From: Azolla caroliniana
Taxonomy: Eukaryota > Plantae > Polypodiophyta
Assembly: GCA_043228905.1 (NCBI GenBank)
Contig: JBHGNT010000017.1
Location: 11,470,001 to 11,534,000, forward strand
Reading direction: 5' to 3'
DNA length: 64,000 bases
The position numbers were made by a program, and so were the translations under genes. This document shows positions 24,541 to 37,688 of the stretch, piece after piece. The notes under the pieces were generated by a model, which was given only the letters and a program-made list of their open reading frames with translations, was not told where the DNA came from and ran no database searches. Every line of letters starts with the position of its first letter. Position 1 is the stretch's first letter.

Positions 24541-27500
24541 AAAGAGAGATAGATAGAGAGAAAATGATTATTCCTTCATTCATTCCCCATAAGGGGTTAA
24601 ATAGTACAAGAGGGGGTAGATACAAAGGGGTGTAAGCCCCCTAGAGCATTCATACTGGACACTCACTCACACCTCCTCGTATCCATCCACATGCACACAT
24701 ATGTGCATGTGTTCACATACGTATCGACTCACAATTACATTTATGCCCCCTACACACACACAACAATCATCATGATAACATTTGACCCTCGCTCATCACA
24801 TTGACTCTCCGTACATCTCGTACGGGGTAACACAATATGGCACGCCCGTGGGAAAGTGCCTTGCACGTCGATCCCACATGCCTTGATGATGATATTTCTT
24901 TGACTGGAACTTCCATCGGTCCTTTCAACGATCGACTCCCTCGATCGGAATGCTTGACTCGAACATCTTTGTCGGTCAGCAAATCGTCCACGACACAAAC
25001 ATTCTCGTTCTGTCGGCTTACGAACTTCGTCATGGGTCCAAAATCATGTCATATGTATGTGTGTTCTTCCTTTGTTTTGAGTGTGTGTGAGTAGTCTTGG
25101 GGATTTTCAAAATTCTAGTGGTGCCCTCTTGTTTTTAAAATTTTATATTGTACCCTTATGTTTATGAAATCTGCTTGATAGCCCTCAAATGTTTTAAAAT
25201 TTCGCCGCATGCCCCTCTCTTCTCTTTTTCCCTCTCATTTGAGTTTCGTTTTTAGGTCGTTTTTTTTGTGTTTGTCTTCTTCTCTTTTGCGTTTCTCTGT
25301 TTTCTATTTCTTCCACTTCCTCCTCTTCTTCTTCTTCTTCATCTTCTTCATCTTTTCCTCTGTTTTTGCTTCTCGCATGCTTTCTTCTTCCTCATTCTTT
25401 TTCCTTCATTCTCCTGCTTCTTCTCTTCTGTTGTCGCCACTGCTATTGCTTCATCTCCTTCTGTTGCCACCCACGTTTCCATTGTCCAGTGCCATTTGTC
25501 ATCCGTCTCTTCGTTCATCCTGTCTCGTTGTTGCCGGCCATCGTCGTCACTATCTTTGTCTCCATCGTCGTTCTTCTTGGCCTTGTCCAGTCGTTTGTTT
25601 GGTCGACGTCTGGCGTCTCCATCACTTTCCTCTGTCTCTGTCGTCGTTTCTCTCCAAGTCCATCCGGCCTGTCCATAGGTTGTTGTCTCTGTCTCCAGCA
25701 CTGTCTGTTGTCCATGTCTGGCTGTCTCCGACTGTTCATTGGCTGGCCGTTGTTCAACCCATCTGGCCCTAGGTTCCACTTGTTGTCTATCGCCTTTTGG
25801 TTGTCGTTGCTCCGGCTTTTCTGGATGCTCTCCATCCATTTCGGCCGCTGTCGTGTTTGTCCATCTATGCCGTACGACCGTCTCTATTGCCTTTTAGGAT
25901 GGGAGTCGTCATTGTCATGTGTCTGTTCGGCCGTCTCTGTCTCTATCGCTTTGTCCATTGTTGTGTGTGTTTGTTTGGGCTCACTTTTTAGCGTCATCTC
26001 CGATATGGCCGTAGATTGTTCAGCCACTACCGTCGCTCCGGCCGGTATTCAGCCATTGTTTTGCCCTTTCGGCCCTTCTGGTCATTCGGTTGCTGTTTGA
26101 CCGCTTCCGGCCATCTCCATCGGTGTCTCTTTGTTCGTTTGGCCTTGTCCAACGGTCTCTTTCCACTGTTCGAACTTCGGTTTGGCCGTCGCTTTCCGGC
26201 CTCTCCGGCCTTTTCCGCGTATGTCCCAGCCGTTGTTAGGCCACCACTCTGTTGCGAACTCCATAACCGCCTCTGTTGGTTTCCGGCTCTGTTGTGGTTT
26301 CCTAGCTTCTGTCAGTGGCTTTCTGCAGCACGTCGTCTCGTTCGACTTCACTGTTTCCGGCTATGTCGTGTTGGTGTCTTTGTCTCTATTGACCGCCCGT
26401 TTTGTCTGGCCGTTTGTTTGATCCGGTCTGGTCCTTCATCTTTCCGGCTATGTCTGGCTGGCTGGTCGTGTCCTTCTGGGACTTTGTCTCCATCCCTATC
26501 CATCACTGTCGTGGTTTCCATCTCCGTCGGGTTTTTTTTTTTTTTTTTTGTCCCTCTCCATCACCGTCTCCGTTCAGCCGTTGGCAGTCTGGCCACCGCT
26601 TCCCGACCATTTCTTTTTGTCTTCGTCTTCTTCTCCAGCATTGTTCTGTCGTCCTCGTTCTTTGTGACTGTTATGCCGCCGTTCGACATCGTCACCATAT
26701 TCCGGCCATGCGTTTGGTCTGTCATTCGTCCCAATTGTCGTTTGGTGTCTTTGTGCATACCGGAAATCGATCCAGCCACTATCCAGCGGCTGCCGCTCTG
26801 CCGCTGCCGCTGTACGAACACCGCTCCATCCGATCACTATCTCTATCCGACGCGGTGGCTGCTGGTCGGCCACCACTCTAGCCATTGGTATGTGGCCACT
26901 ACCGTCCGATCGTCGTCCTGGCTCCATCACCGTTCCGACTGTTCGGCCCATTGCGGTCGTTGTTTGGCGGTTCTTTGTCGAGCCCATCTGGCCACTTCTG
27001 TTCCGGTGACGATCAGCCACTACGACCACTCTTTGGTCGCTCTCCGGCCTCTCCTATGTGATGTCGCTGGTCTAGCCATCGAGCTTTCTTAGTACGGCTC
27101 GTTCCAGTCGGTTTCGGTAGTCGATTCGGCTGTTGTCCAACTGCTCCCATCTTTGTTCATTTCCTGCACACACACATTGCTAGTTCTCGTACACTCGCAC
27201 ATCTGTATCGTCGTGTCTCATTTTGTGATTTACGCTAGCACATTGTGATCACCATTTGCCGCACATCGTCGATCCGATTTCTTGTACATTCCTTCACTGC
27301 ATCCCTTCATTGACTTCTTTGCGGACATCGTCATCGCATACCATGCTTCAACTTTGTCTTGCACTTTGCCACCATCATTTGTCGCTAACCACACACTCGC
27401 ACATCGTCATCGTTTCTAATCGCTTAGTCACTATGTCTTGCATCGACGTGTATCATCCTTTGAGTCCGTCTCCAAAGGGGGGTCGCCTTAGTGGTCGCCA

Positions 27501-27695
27501 AAAGGTGTTATATGTTTTAGGGTTAGGGTTAAGGACGATGATGATGATGAATGATAACTATGATGATTGGTAATGAAGATAGACATAGTGATGGAGAGTA
27601 TGATGGTGAGAGAGATCATGTAGAGAAGCATTGCGGGGTGGGGGGTGGTGCCTAGAATGGATCCACCCCCCTCCCAAGGATGTTCAACGTTAAGG

Positions 27696-27734
<39 letters not shown>

Positions 27735-30700
27735 AAAGAGAGATAGATAGAGAGAAAATGATTATTCCTTCATTCATTCCCCATAAGGGGTTAAATAGTA
27801 CAAGAGGGGGTAGATACAAAGGGGTGTAAGCCCCCTAGAGCATTCATACTGGACACTCACTCACACCTCCTCGTATCCATCCACATGCACACATATGTGC
27901 ATGTGTTCACATACGTATCGACTCACAATTACATTTATGCCCCCTACACACACACAACAATCATCATGATAACATTTGACCCTCGCTCATCACATTGACT
28001 CTCCGTACATCTCGTATGGGGTAACAGAAGACAGTTCACATGTAGATACACTCCACAGCAAAATGGAGTTGCTGAGAGGAAAAACAGAACCTTGGTGAAC
28101 ATAGCAAGAGCTTTGATGATGGAGAAAAACATGCCATTGTATTACTGGGTAGAAGCTGTAAATACAACAAATTACATTTTAAATAGATGTATAACATCGG
28201 GAGTACATGAAGTAACTCCTGAGGAGTGTTTCTATGGCAGGAAGCCTAGTTTAGAACACTTAAAAGTGTTTGGATGCCTTGTATATGTACATGTACATGA
28301 TGAAGTGAGAAGTAAGCTTGATCCGAAAGTTGAAAAATGTATTTTTGTTGGATATTCAGAAGAGCAAAAAGGGTATAGATGCTATAACCCGTTGACAAAA
28401 AAGATTGTGGTAAGTCGGGATGTAATATTTGATGAGTTGGCTAGCTTGTATAGCCCAAAACAGAATCTAGAAATTGATGAAGACAATGAGATTGAAGACA
28501 AGGATAAATCTGAAAATGTAAGTGATAGCCACAGAGATGGAAACAATGTTGGACAACAAAGTTCGACATCAACAGAATGCTCTGGATCATCAAAAAACTC
28601 AGTTGGTAAATCTGATTCAAATGCATGGAGTGGAAAACATGTAGGACATAAAAAATGTGATGATAAAAAGGGAAAACAGAAAATGCTAGAATATGAAATG
28701 TTGGATGATGGATCTAAAAACATGGAAGATGTAGATTCAGATAAATCATTGGATGATGAGCTTGGTATAGGAGCCGTAAAATCTCTGGTATGGAAAAAGC
28801 AATGAAGGATGCAAATAAGAAACTGAGAAGATCAGCTAGAGAGAAAAAGACTGTTGAAAGATTTGGCTATCAAACATATATGGCTATGCATTATGCATAA
28901 ATGTCTAAAGTGGTACAAATCCCTAATCCAAATAGTTTTGATGAAGCAAAATTTGATAAGAAATGGGTGAATGCAATGCAAGAAGAAATAGATGCATTGG
29001 CTGAAAACAGAACATGCGATTTGGTGAAGTTATTGAAAGGAAAAAATGTTGTAGGTTGCAAATGGGTCTACAAGACAAAGCATGATTCCAATGGAAATGT
29101 TAGTAGACATAAAGCAAGACTTGTGGCAAAGGGATATGCCCAGATGCATGTAATTGATTATGATGAAACATTTGCACCAGTTGCAAAGACGGCAACTTTG
29201 AGGACACTACTTGTTGTAGGTGCAGCCAGAAGATTGTTTTTGCATCATATGGATGTAAAAAATGCTTTTTTACATGGTAACTTAGAAGAAGAAGTATATA
29301 TGTGCCAACCACCAGGTTTTGAAGATAAGAAGCATCCAGAATATGTGTGTAAGTTGAAAAAGGCTCTTTATGGACTGAAACAAGCACCAAGAGCATGGCA
29401 CAGGGAACTTTCAGATTCTCTGAAAAAATTTGATTTCAAAATGTCAAAAGCTGATTCATCACTGTATGTAAAGAAGATGAATGATTGCATTGTTGTGATC
29501 CTGATATATGTTGATGATCTCATCATTGGAGGTGATTCCATGGATGAAATAAGTAAGCTAAAAAGAAATTTGGAAATGAAATTTCATATGAAAGATTTGG
29601 GAGATCTGAGATATTTTTTGGGTATTGAGATGATTAGATTTGAAAGTGGTATATATATGTTGCAAAAATAGTATGCAACAACAATGTTGAAGAAGTATGA
29701 TATGCTTGGATGCAAACCTATTGGAGTACCACTAGTAAGAACTGCAAATTGAGGGCTGATTTGGGAGCCAAAATAGATGATGTAAACATGTACAGGTCTA
29801 TGGTGGGCAACCTCATATATTTGACTATAACAAGACCTGATTTGAGTTATGCAGTTGGATTAGTCAGCCAGTTTATGCAACAGCCAACAAAGCCGCATTT
29901 GGACTGCATTAGAAGAATTCTGAGGTATGTAAAAGCTACTCAGAACTATGGACGGTTTTACAGGGCTGATTTGGACATAAAGCTGGAAGGATATACAGAC
30001 GCTGATTGGGCTGGAAGCCAAACTGACAGAAGATCCACAAGTGGATATATGTTTACATTAGGAAGTGCAGGAATTTCATGGAGTAGCAAGAAACAAGCTA
30101 CCGTTGCATTGTCAAGTACTGAAGTTGAGTATAGAGGAGCTGCATAGCTACTTGTGAAGAGGTGTGGATCAGAAGATTGCTTGCTGATTTGGGAGTATAT
30201 ATAGATGGTGTTGTCACAATCTGGTCTGACAATATGAGCAACATTCAACTTGCAAAAAACCTAGTGTTCCATGCAAGGACAAAGCACATTGAAGTACATG
30301 TATGTGATAACAAATCAACAGGTTGCTGATATCCTTACGAAGGGATTGAGCATAGAAAAACATACACAGTTTCGGAACATGATGGGAGTTGTAGACATTG
30401 ATATGATGGCTGGAAAGCATGATGGAAAAGAAGATTGAAGATAAACTCAAGAAAGGATAAGTTGAGCTTGAGGGGGAGTGTTGAGAAGCAAGCTCAACAA
30501 AGGTATGTGATGCTTATTGAGAAATAAGCTATAGTAGCTATTTAGCTACTAGTGAACATGAAGGTGAAACAACTATTTAGCTATGTAAAGATAATTAGCT
30601 ACTGATGACTATTTAGCTAGTGACATCTATTTAGCTACTGGCAGCTAATTAGCTGCATATTTAAGTAACTTATAACTTAGGTAAAAAGTAAGAGAGAGTA

Positions 30701-30788
30701 AGAAGAGAGAAGAGTGAAGAGAATAGAGAAGAAGAAAATAGAGAGAGCTCTGTGTAATGAAATAGAAGAAAACTTTTTGGCTACTACA
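22631..30788 (+). mobile_element. AT-rich copia element related to family A, 5' end lost, interrupted in integrase
   Basis: Gag 22673-23272; integrase split at 24299/28027; RT 28901-29671; RNase H about 29710-30400. PPT and 3' LTR at 30479-30788. Confidence 0.9.
24300..28026 (-). mobile_element. Non-autonomous LTR element (LARD/TRIM-like), probably a gypsy dependant
   Basis: Near-identical LTRs 24300-24832 and 27506-28026 with 5-bp TSD GAAGA. PBS TGGCGACCAC (minus, 27491-27500; tRNA-Arg-like). The 2.7-kb low-complexity interior has no gag/pol motifs. Orientation is inferred from the motif shared with the gypsy at 44956. Confidence 0.9.
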
Positions 30789-30879
30789 GAGGTAAGTCCC
30801 CTTCCCCCTTCTTGTCTATGTTCGAGCACACTAATGATCCAACACACCACGATCCACTGTGCACATAGAAGAGCCAGAG

Positions 30880-31850
30880 CGCCTTCTTAACGTTTACTTA
30901 ACAGGAAGCCCCATGTCTTCTGACTATAGTCGTCAATGAACGTCACAAAGTACTGTCCACTTCGATGCGATGGAGCATCAACATAACACACATCCATGTG
31001 TACTAGTTCCAATGGCACATCTCTTCTTCTTGGTGGTCTTGTGTGGAATGCCACTTTGTTTTGCTTTCCGACTAAACAGTTGACGCACTTCTCCAGGTGC
31101 ACTCCCTTTACTTCTGGTAGACGTTTCTGGTCGGCTAGCATGTGCATCCCTTTCTCATTGATGTGGCCTAGCCTCTTATGCCATACCTCACCTGTACAGT
31201 CGGCTGCCACATTCACTTCCGATTTGCATAGTCGGGCATGCATCATATACAATGTGCCTTCTTTCTGTGATCGGGCCACTATAAGATTTCCTCGGCAAAA
31301 CTTCCAGTTGACATTCCGAAATCTACCACTATAGCCTATGTCATCTAAACTTCTAAACGATATTAGATTCAATATGATATCGGGGACATGTCGAACATCC
31401 TTCAGAGCCAATGGACACCCGATCGACATTGTCAAGCAGACACTTCTGACTCCAACTATCTTGCACTCTCCAATGTCACCCATCTTTACATAACCATTAT
31501 CCCAAGGTCGGAACTTGTTCTTGTGTTGCGGTGGGTGTCGGCTGTTGTGGTCCCAAGGTTGATTATTGTGTTTCTGAGGTTGGTGTCGGGTTATGCGTGA
31601 AGAGAATCAGATCATTATACCGCAAGGACGAGTATGTTGAAATACACAATATAGACACACAAGAACACACTGCACATAGATTTAATGTGGAAACCCTAAA
31701 ACGGGAGAAAAACCACGGGTGAACAGAGCTTCACTATACAATGGATGTACAATAAAAGAGATTACAACACTCCTATCGAGTGTATTAGCCACATAGGGCT
31801 CTTGGTGTCTGTTGTTACACACGCTCACAGCTATGGCACAACTCTCTTTC
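30880..31850 (-). pseudogene. Tork-like copia fragment (protease-integrase) with an adjoining LTR-like fragment
   Basis: ORF 30887-31483 has WHKRLGH, LELVHMDVC and TFIDDYS and is homologous to 300-900. The GTGGAAACCCTAAA...AAAACCACGGG motif at about 31690 is shared with the LTRs at about 2075 and 22490. Confidence 0.75.
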
Positions 31851-32253
31851 TAGTGCTGTTGTTGTCACCGTCTATTGCCGTCGCCGTCACCATCGTCTAC
31901 AGCCGTTGTTTGCTGTCGTCGTCGTCTGCTGCTGCTGTCGCCGTTGTATGATGACTGTTGCCGTCTGTTTTCGTCTGTTGCCACCGTCATTGTCGTCCTC
32001 ATCTATAGATGTTGGTTCTTGGCCGTTGCCGTCGTGGTCGCCGTCACTATCATGGCATGTTTCTTCTCTTTCTTTTCTTGACGTTGTTGAGTGCCGTTTT
32101 TCTTGGCACGTCCGTGGGTGGGTTCTTTTGGCGTGCTCATCGCGTGCTACATCATCGTGTGCTACAAAATGCTGATGTGACTGTGACATACACACAAACT
32201 CGGCTAAGTCTCGAACCCATTTATTTTATCTTTTTTTTCTTATTGACACCACA

Positions 32254-35200
32254 ATGACGTCTAAACGAACTAAGGAACATAAGGATATACAAGACGAGGG
32301 TATAAGTAAGGAGGACTTTTTAGATATGTTTAATCATTTAACAAAAATAGAGATAGAGATGAAAAAATGGGTGAAAGATGGCGAAACCCACAAGAAAAAA
32401 GATAGAGAGGAAAAAGACGCCCTCAAGGCCGAAATAGAAAAACTTAAAGTGGAAAACACCAACCTTAAAAAAAAACTTAATGACATTGAGGTATCTTGAG
32501 AGGATGGTGAAATATCCTCCATAGAGGATATAAAAGGACAAGATTAAAAAAGTTAAAGAGGAAGTTAAAAATAACATAGAGTTAGCTAAAACGGGTTGGG
32601 TAGACGTGGTTAAAAGAAACATTAAAAAAGAAATAAAAGATGAAAATATTGTTAATACCACCCTTCAAAGAAGAGAAAATACGTCAGGTCCGATGATTAA
32701 ATGTACGTGGCACTGGGCTCAAGGAAGGTGCATCCCCAGATGAGGATGCACAAACACTTGGGAAAATGTTAGGGTACATAGAGGCCCTACCTATCACCAA
32801 GGCATGGAGGGCCGAACGTGACACAACTAGGAAGAGAGCCTTAGTCCTTCAATTTAAAGACTTAGACTCTAGAATCAATTTCTTTAAGAAGAGACCAATT
32901 CTTCGAGGATTGGATGGGGACCCTATCTATCTCGATGAAGACCTCACTAAGATGCAAATTGAGCATCGCAAGAGTTGTATGCCATGAGTTATGCAAGCTC
33001 GTAAAGAAGGGAATCGTGACTTTTATCGAGATGGGCGAGTAATCATAAATGATCGCACTACTAATTGACGACGTGTGGCCCATGTGACAGAAAATGCACT
33101 TAGGATGACCTTATGGAATTGTAATGGCGCACTCTGGACACACCCCGATCACCTAGAGGAGATATTAAAGGTATCAGATATACTTTTCTTGGTAGAAACA
33201 CACCAAAGCCCAAATAGAGGACTCCCATAGGTCGAAGGATTCCGTTGGGAGTCCGCTTTTAGACAAACCTCACGTCGACACACTACCAGGGGATCTGGAG
33301 GTGTCGCGATATTGTTTCGTAGAGATCTACAAAATAGGATAGAAATACTGAGGACAGACCCAGAAGCTCGTTTTATGTGGGTGAAAGTCTCCACAAGCAA
33401 GGACCAGGCAATATTTTTCGCCATTTGTTACTTTCCCCCAAAAGGATCCCGTTATAATATTGCTGGCTTGGCGTGATTAGTCGATGAAGGAATGCCACAT
33501 GGGCCTTCCCCATACGAACCTCTATCGGATGACATAATCTAATATTCTTCCCAAGGAGAAGTATTCCTTGTAGGAGACTTCAATGCGAGAACCCAATCCC
33601 GACAATGCACAATATTTCAAATGAATAGAAACCTAGAAATGGTAAATGTCGATCCTTTAGGCATAGGCACCACACGTTGTCGTGAAGATTTTCGGCAATG
33701 GTGTGAAAATCGCATAAAACATACGAAATCGAGTATGAATAATATAAAACAATAATAGTGAAGATACTATTTTAGATTAGCTTAAAATCTTGGTATGGGA
33801 AGATGGAGGTCTTTAAGAGCTTTCGAATGCTTTTTATATATAAGAAAGAGACATCTAAGTGTCAAGTTATGTGGGTATATAGTTTTGCAAAAGAAAAAGA
33901 GAAAAATAAAACTGTGAAATATCCCACATAGATAGGAAAAATAGGCTCCAGCTATATAAGAAGATTGAGATCCATCATATTTTGTGTTAAGAGCACATAA
34001 GAAATAGTTGGACTTGGGCCACTTTTTGTCTAGATGGACATATGTGGCTAAGTCGCCGGATGTGGCTAAGCGCCTGAACCAACCGGTGAAGAAACTCAAA
34101 TTGGCCGATAACAAGACCGGAAACCGGATAGAGCCGGTAATTGGTGACCGGATGGATCCGACAACTGGTGACCGGACGGAACCGGCGATGATGACGACAT
34201 TCGGCGACCGGAGAACGACATCCGGCGACGGAACTGTCGACCGGTGAACGGCATCCGGCGGCATCTGGCAACAGAGCCGGTGAGCCGGCGACATTCGGCA
34301 TCGGAGCGATGAACCGGTGTTGAACCGGCGATGGAGCTGGTGAGCCAGTTCGGAGCCGGATGAGCCAGTGGCATTCGGCGACAGAGTTGGTGAGCTGTTT
34401 TGAATTGGCGACGGAGCTGGTGAGCCAGTTCGGAGCCGGCGACGGCAAACAGCGATCGACCGGTTATCGGCAAGTGACTCGGGATGCAGACCAAACCGGA
34501 TCGGGATGCAGACTGAACCGGACCAAATGGATGCAAATCGGACGGATTGATTGATCGCGGTGCATGGTGTCTTTAAGATATTTGGTCCAAAAGCCTAATA
34601 GTATTTTGTGCATAAAAATAAAAGATGTAAGCAAGACTCGAACTTAACACCTCTATGATAGGAAGCAATAGGCTTACCATTAAGCCAAACCATTTCTTTA
34701 GGAATTATATTTTTTATCATTGTAACTTTACATGTAAATTCTCATACATGAGAGCTAAAATGAGTGACATGGTTATCATGCACCACATGTAATACATGAG
34801 CGCCAAATGGCAAACATGCACTTTATGCATGTCTTGTACCCCCAAATGCATGAGGGCATCTATAAAAGAGGAGAGGAAAAAGATGAAAAGGGGATTTTAT
34901 CAAAGCGAGCTTTGTACTTTATATCAAAATTAATATTAAGAAGAAAATTCGTTATCCAATTGATGTATTAATCTTGTTCTTCAAATCTAAAATCAAGAGT
35001 TCAATCTTAATCTCTCTCTCAATCTAAAGTCAAGCGTTTTATCTTATCTCAATCTCTCTCTCTTTCAATCTATCTTAATTCCTTTCTCGCTAAAGCTTGT
35101 GCAAACTTCGAGTCCTTCCGGTCCAGAACCTCGGCGGTTCTGCCTCACAATCTGCACTTAGTGACAGATCTTCACGACAACGCAGATCAAAGGATCAAGG

Positions 35201-37688
35201 TGCGGACGCCACAAGCTTTGGCCATCATCTACTCGAACTTGGCAGTCGGCACCGGATGGTCATATATAATGGTTTAGCCAAGTGGCCGGGCTCGAAAGAG
35301 CTCACATGTTTCCCACATGGAGGAGGGGAAAGCACAATTGATTATCTAATAGGACGCCCTGAAGTTACCCACATGATTAACTCCTTCCGGGTGGCCCCAT
35401 GCCCTATTGGCGCAAACCATAGTTTCTTATACTTCGAGCTAAAATGTGATATCTCTAAGGTCACCAACTCTAGTCAACCACACCATCACACCACAATACA
35501 TTTCACACATGAGCTCTTTGACATATACTCTCAACATGTTCAGGCCCATCTCTCCTCCCTTCATTCCTCCCTAACTTTAGAAAGCCTTAGTACGAAACTC
35601 ACACACATCCTTCACTCCGCAACAGCTAGCAGTTTCCCATATACAAAACACTCAAATCAAGGTAGATCAGGATCTATGCCACAAAATAAATGGTATGATG
35701 AGGATTGTAGGGACTTACATAGACAACTTACAGTATCGCAACTCAATGGTAGTATTACCTCAATACAAGCTCGCAAAGAAATGCGCAAGATGACACATCG
35801 TAAGAGATGAGCGTGGGAGGCATCCCAATATTGGGAACTCTACCATATGCTCATGAGTAGCGATTGTGCCACGGCATGGAAGAGACTACGGGAGCCAAGA
35901 CCACAAACACCCATCGAAGATCCCAAAACTTGGCACACATATACAGAGAGACTTTACCAAATCCCAAACCAACCACCCATTCCAATGCCTTCCACACCCC
36001 GACCTACCACGAGGACACTTTTCACGACCTCTAGGGTCGTGAAGGTCATAAAGAAATTACAACATAGGAAGTCCATGGACCACACAGGATTGCAAGCAGA
36101 ACACATTATATATGCGAGAGAGTGCCTAGCTCCCTTGCTAACTCTAATCTTCAATCGTGCCCTTGCGGAGGGTTTTCCACCACAGTGGACAATGAACACA
36201 GTGGCCCCCATACATAAAGGGGGGGACCCCATGGACCCAAATACATATAGGACCATTATGATAGGTCATACCCTTGCTAAATTATATAGTGCAGTAGTGG
36301 AAGTAGAGCTTAGCAATTATATGGAGACCCTAAATCTTCGTGCACCTGAACAAGTTGGCTTTAGACGAGCCTTCTCCACCATTGATCATATCTTCACACT
36401 TAGATGCTTAGTTGACCAAAATAAGGCTCGCAAGAAGAAATTATATTGTTGTTTTGTGAACTTCCGCAAGGCCTTTGACACAGTCCCTAGAGAGTGGTTG
36501 TTTGACAGGCTTAAAAGCTTGAGGATACCAGATGACATGGTCTGGGCCATCTACACAGTATATGAACAAGTGTCCAAGAGTGTTTGATGCCCAGGTGGCC
36601 TATCCAATTGTTTCACTAGCACTATTGGTGTAAAACAAGGTTGCCCCCTATCACCGACACTTTTTGGGATCTACATTGATGAGATCACAGATTTTATTGC
36701 TCGTAAGGGAGGCAACAGAGTAGTCCTTGGGGATACGCAGGTTCGTATCTTGCTCTATGCGGATGAAATAGTTTTGCTCTCTAAATCCGAACACGACCTA
36801 CAAAGGCACCTTAATGCCTTAGATGACTTTTGTGCAGAACGAGGATTGGTAGTGAATCTAGGGAAAACTAAAGTCCTTATCTTCCACACATCGACCCAAG
36901 TTAGAGCTAAGTGTCACCTAACTATCTCCCACAACCCAATTGAGGTGGTTGGATCATACATCTATCTCGGAGTCACTTTCACTGCTTGCTAAGGTAAATT
37001 TTCGATGACACAAGAAACGAAGGATAGACTTACGAGAGGACATGCATCCCTCTCACTCCTAGAGATACAATGCCACCAAGCATGCTTTCAAGAGACACAG
37101 ACTAAAGGGTGGCTCTTTCACTCATTAGTGACCCCCTCCATCATGTATGCATCAACGGTTTGGGCTCCATGATTACCATCTTTCATGTGGACACAATTAG
37201 AGAGACCATTGGTGATGATGTTATCATGCCAACTCCGAAGCAAATCGACAGTACCACATGACATTATTAGGGCTGAGTTCACGTTACCCCCAATGTTAGT
37301 AGAGGCACTTTTCCAACTTGTAGTCATTATTCATAGGATACATAGCCAACCACATGATAGAATATCTCATCAAGCCTTTAAGGCCACTCGATCATTGTAT
37401 GAGTCCCGCTATACTAGCTCATGGTATGGCATGATGGTGAGTTAGCTTCTTGCGAATGGTCTAGACATTAATAACCTACCTCCCCTTAGGTATAACCACA
37501 CGATTGATAACACTTTAATCTCTCATGAGTACCGCAATAAAGTAATACGCCAAGAAATATGGAAAATTTACACTCGGTATAAATGGATCACCCCACAAGA
37601 GCCACTCCCATCTAAAATTTTGTACTATAAGGAACACTTCATGCAGTTCTCTGAGTTAGGTTTTATCACGCGGCCAAAATATCTAGAT
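32254..37688 (+). mobile_element. Degenerate LINE (ORF1 plus APE endonuclease-RT ORF2), interrupted by a solo LTR and cut by a copia insertion
   Basis: Coiled-coil ORF1 at about 32254-33068. Endonuclease motifs LWNCNG, LVETH, GGVAIL, VGDFNAR and STIDY. RT motifs QVGFR, FRKAFDTV, GVKQGCPLSPTLF, LLYADEIVL and YLGV. Confidence 0.9.
33678..35179 (+). mobile_element. Solo LTR (1.5 kb) related to the tRNA-Trp-primed gypsy family
   Basis: 12-bp inverted termini TGTCGTGAAGAT..ATCTTCACGACA, with flanks ACGT/ACGC. Removing it restores the LINE reading GTTRRSKD. It shares the tRNA-like motif, the TATA region and the AACCT.GGCGGTTC motif with LTR 60815-61518. CCGG-rich internal repeats at about 34100-34450. 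Confidence 0.8.

Noticed and set aside
25209-27092. Long overlapping ORFs (up to 358 aa) in the non-autonomous element
   Set aside because: This is low-complexity, pyrimidine-rich sequence that lacks stops by composition and shows no domain motifs.
34100-34450. Regularly recurring CCGG-containing repeats and their ORFs
   Set aside because: These are degenerate U3 tandem repeats without unique spacers, so neither a CRISPR array nor a gene.
34630-34690. Functional tRNA gene (likewise 60922-60981 and 6025-6080)
   Set aside because: A/B boxes are present but there are no convincing acceptor or anticodon stems; reported only as tRNA-like modules.
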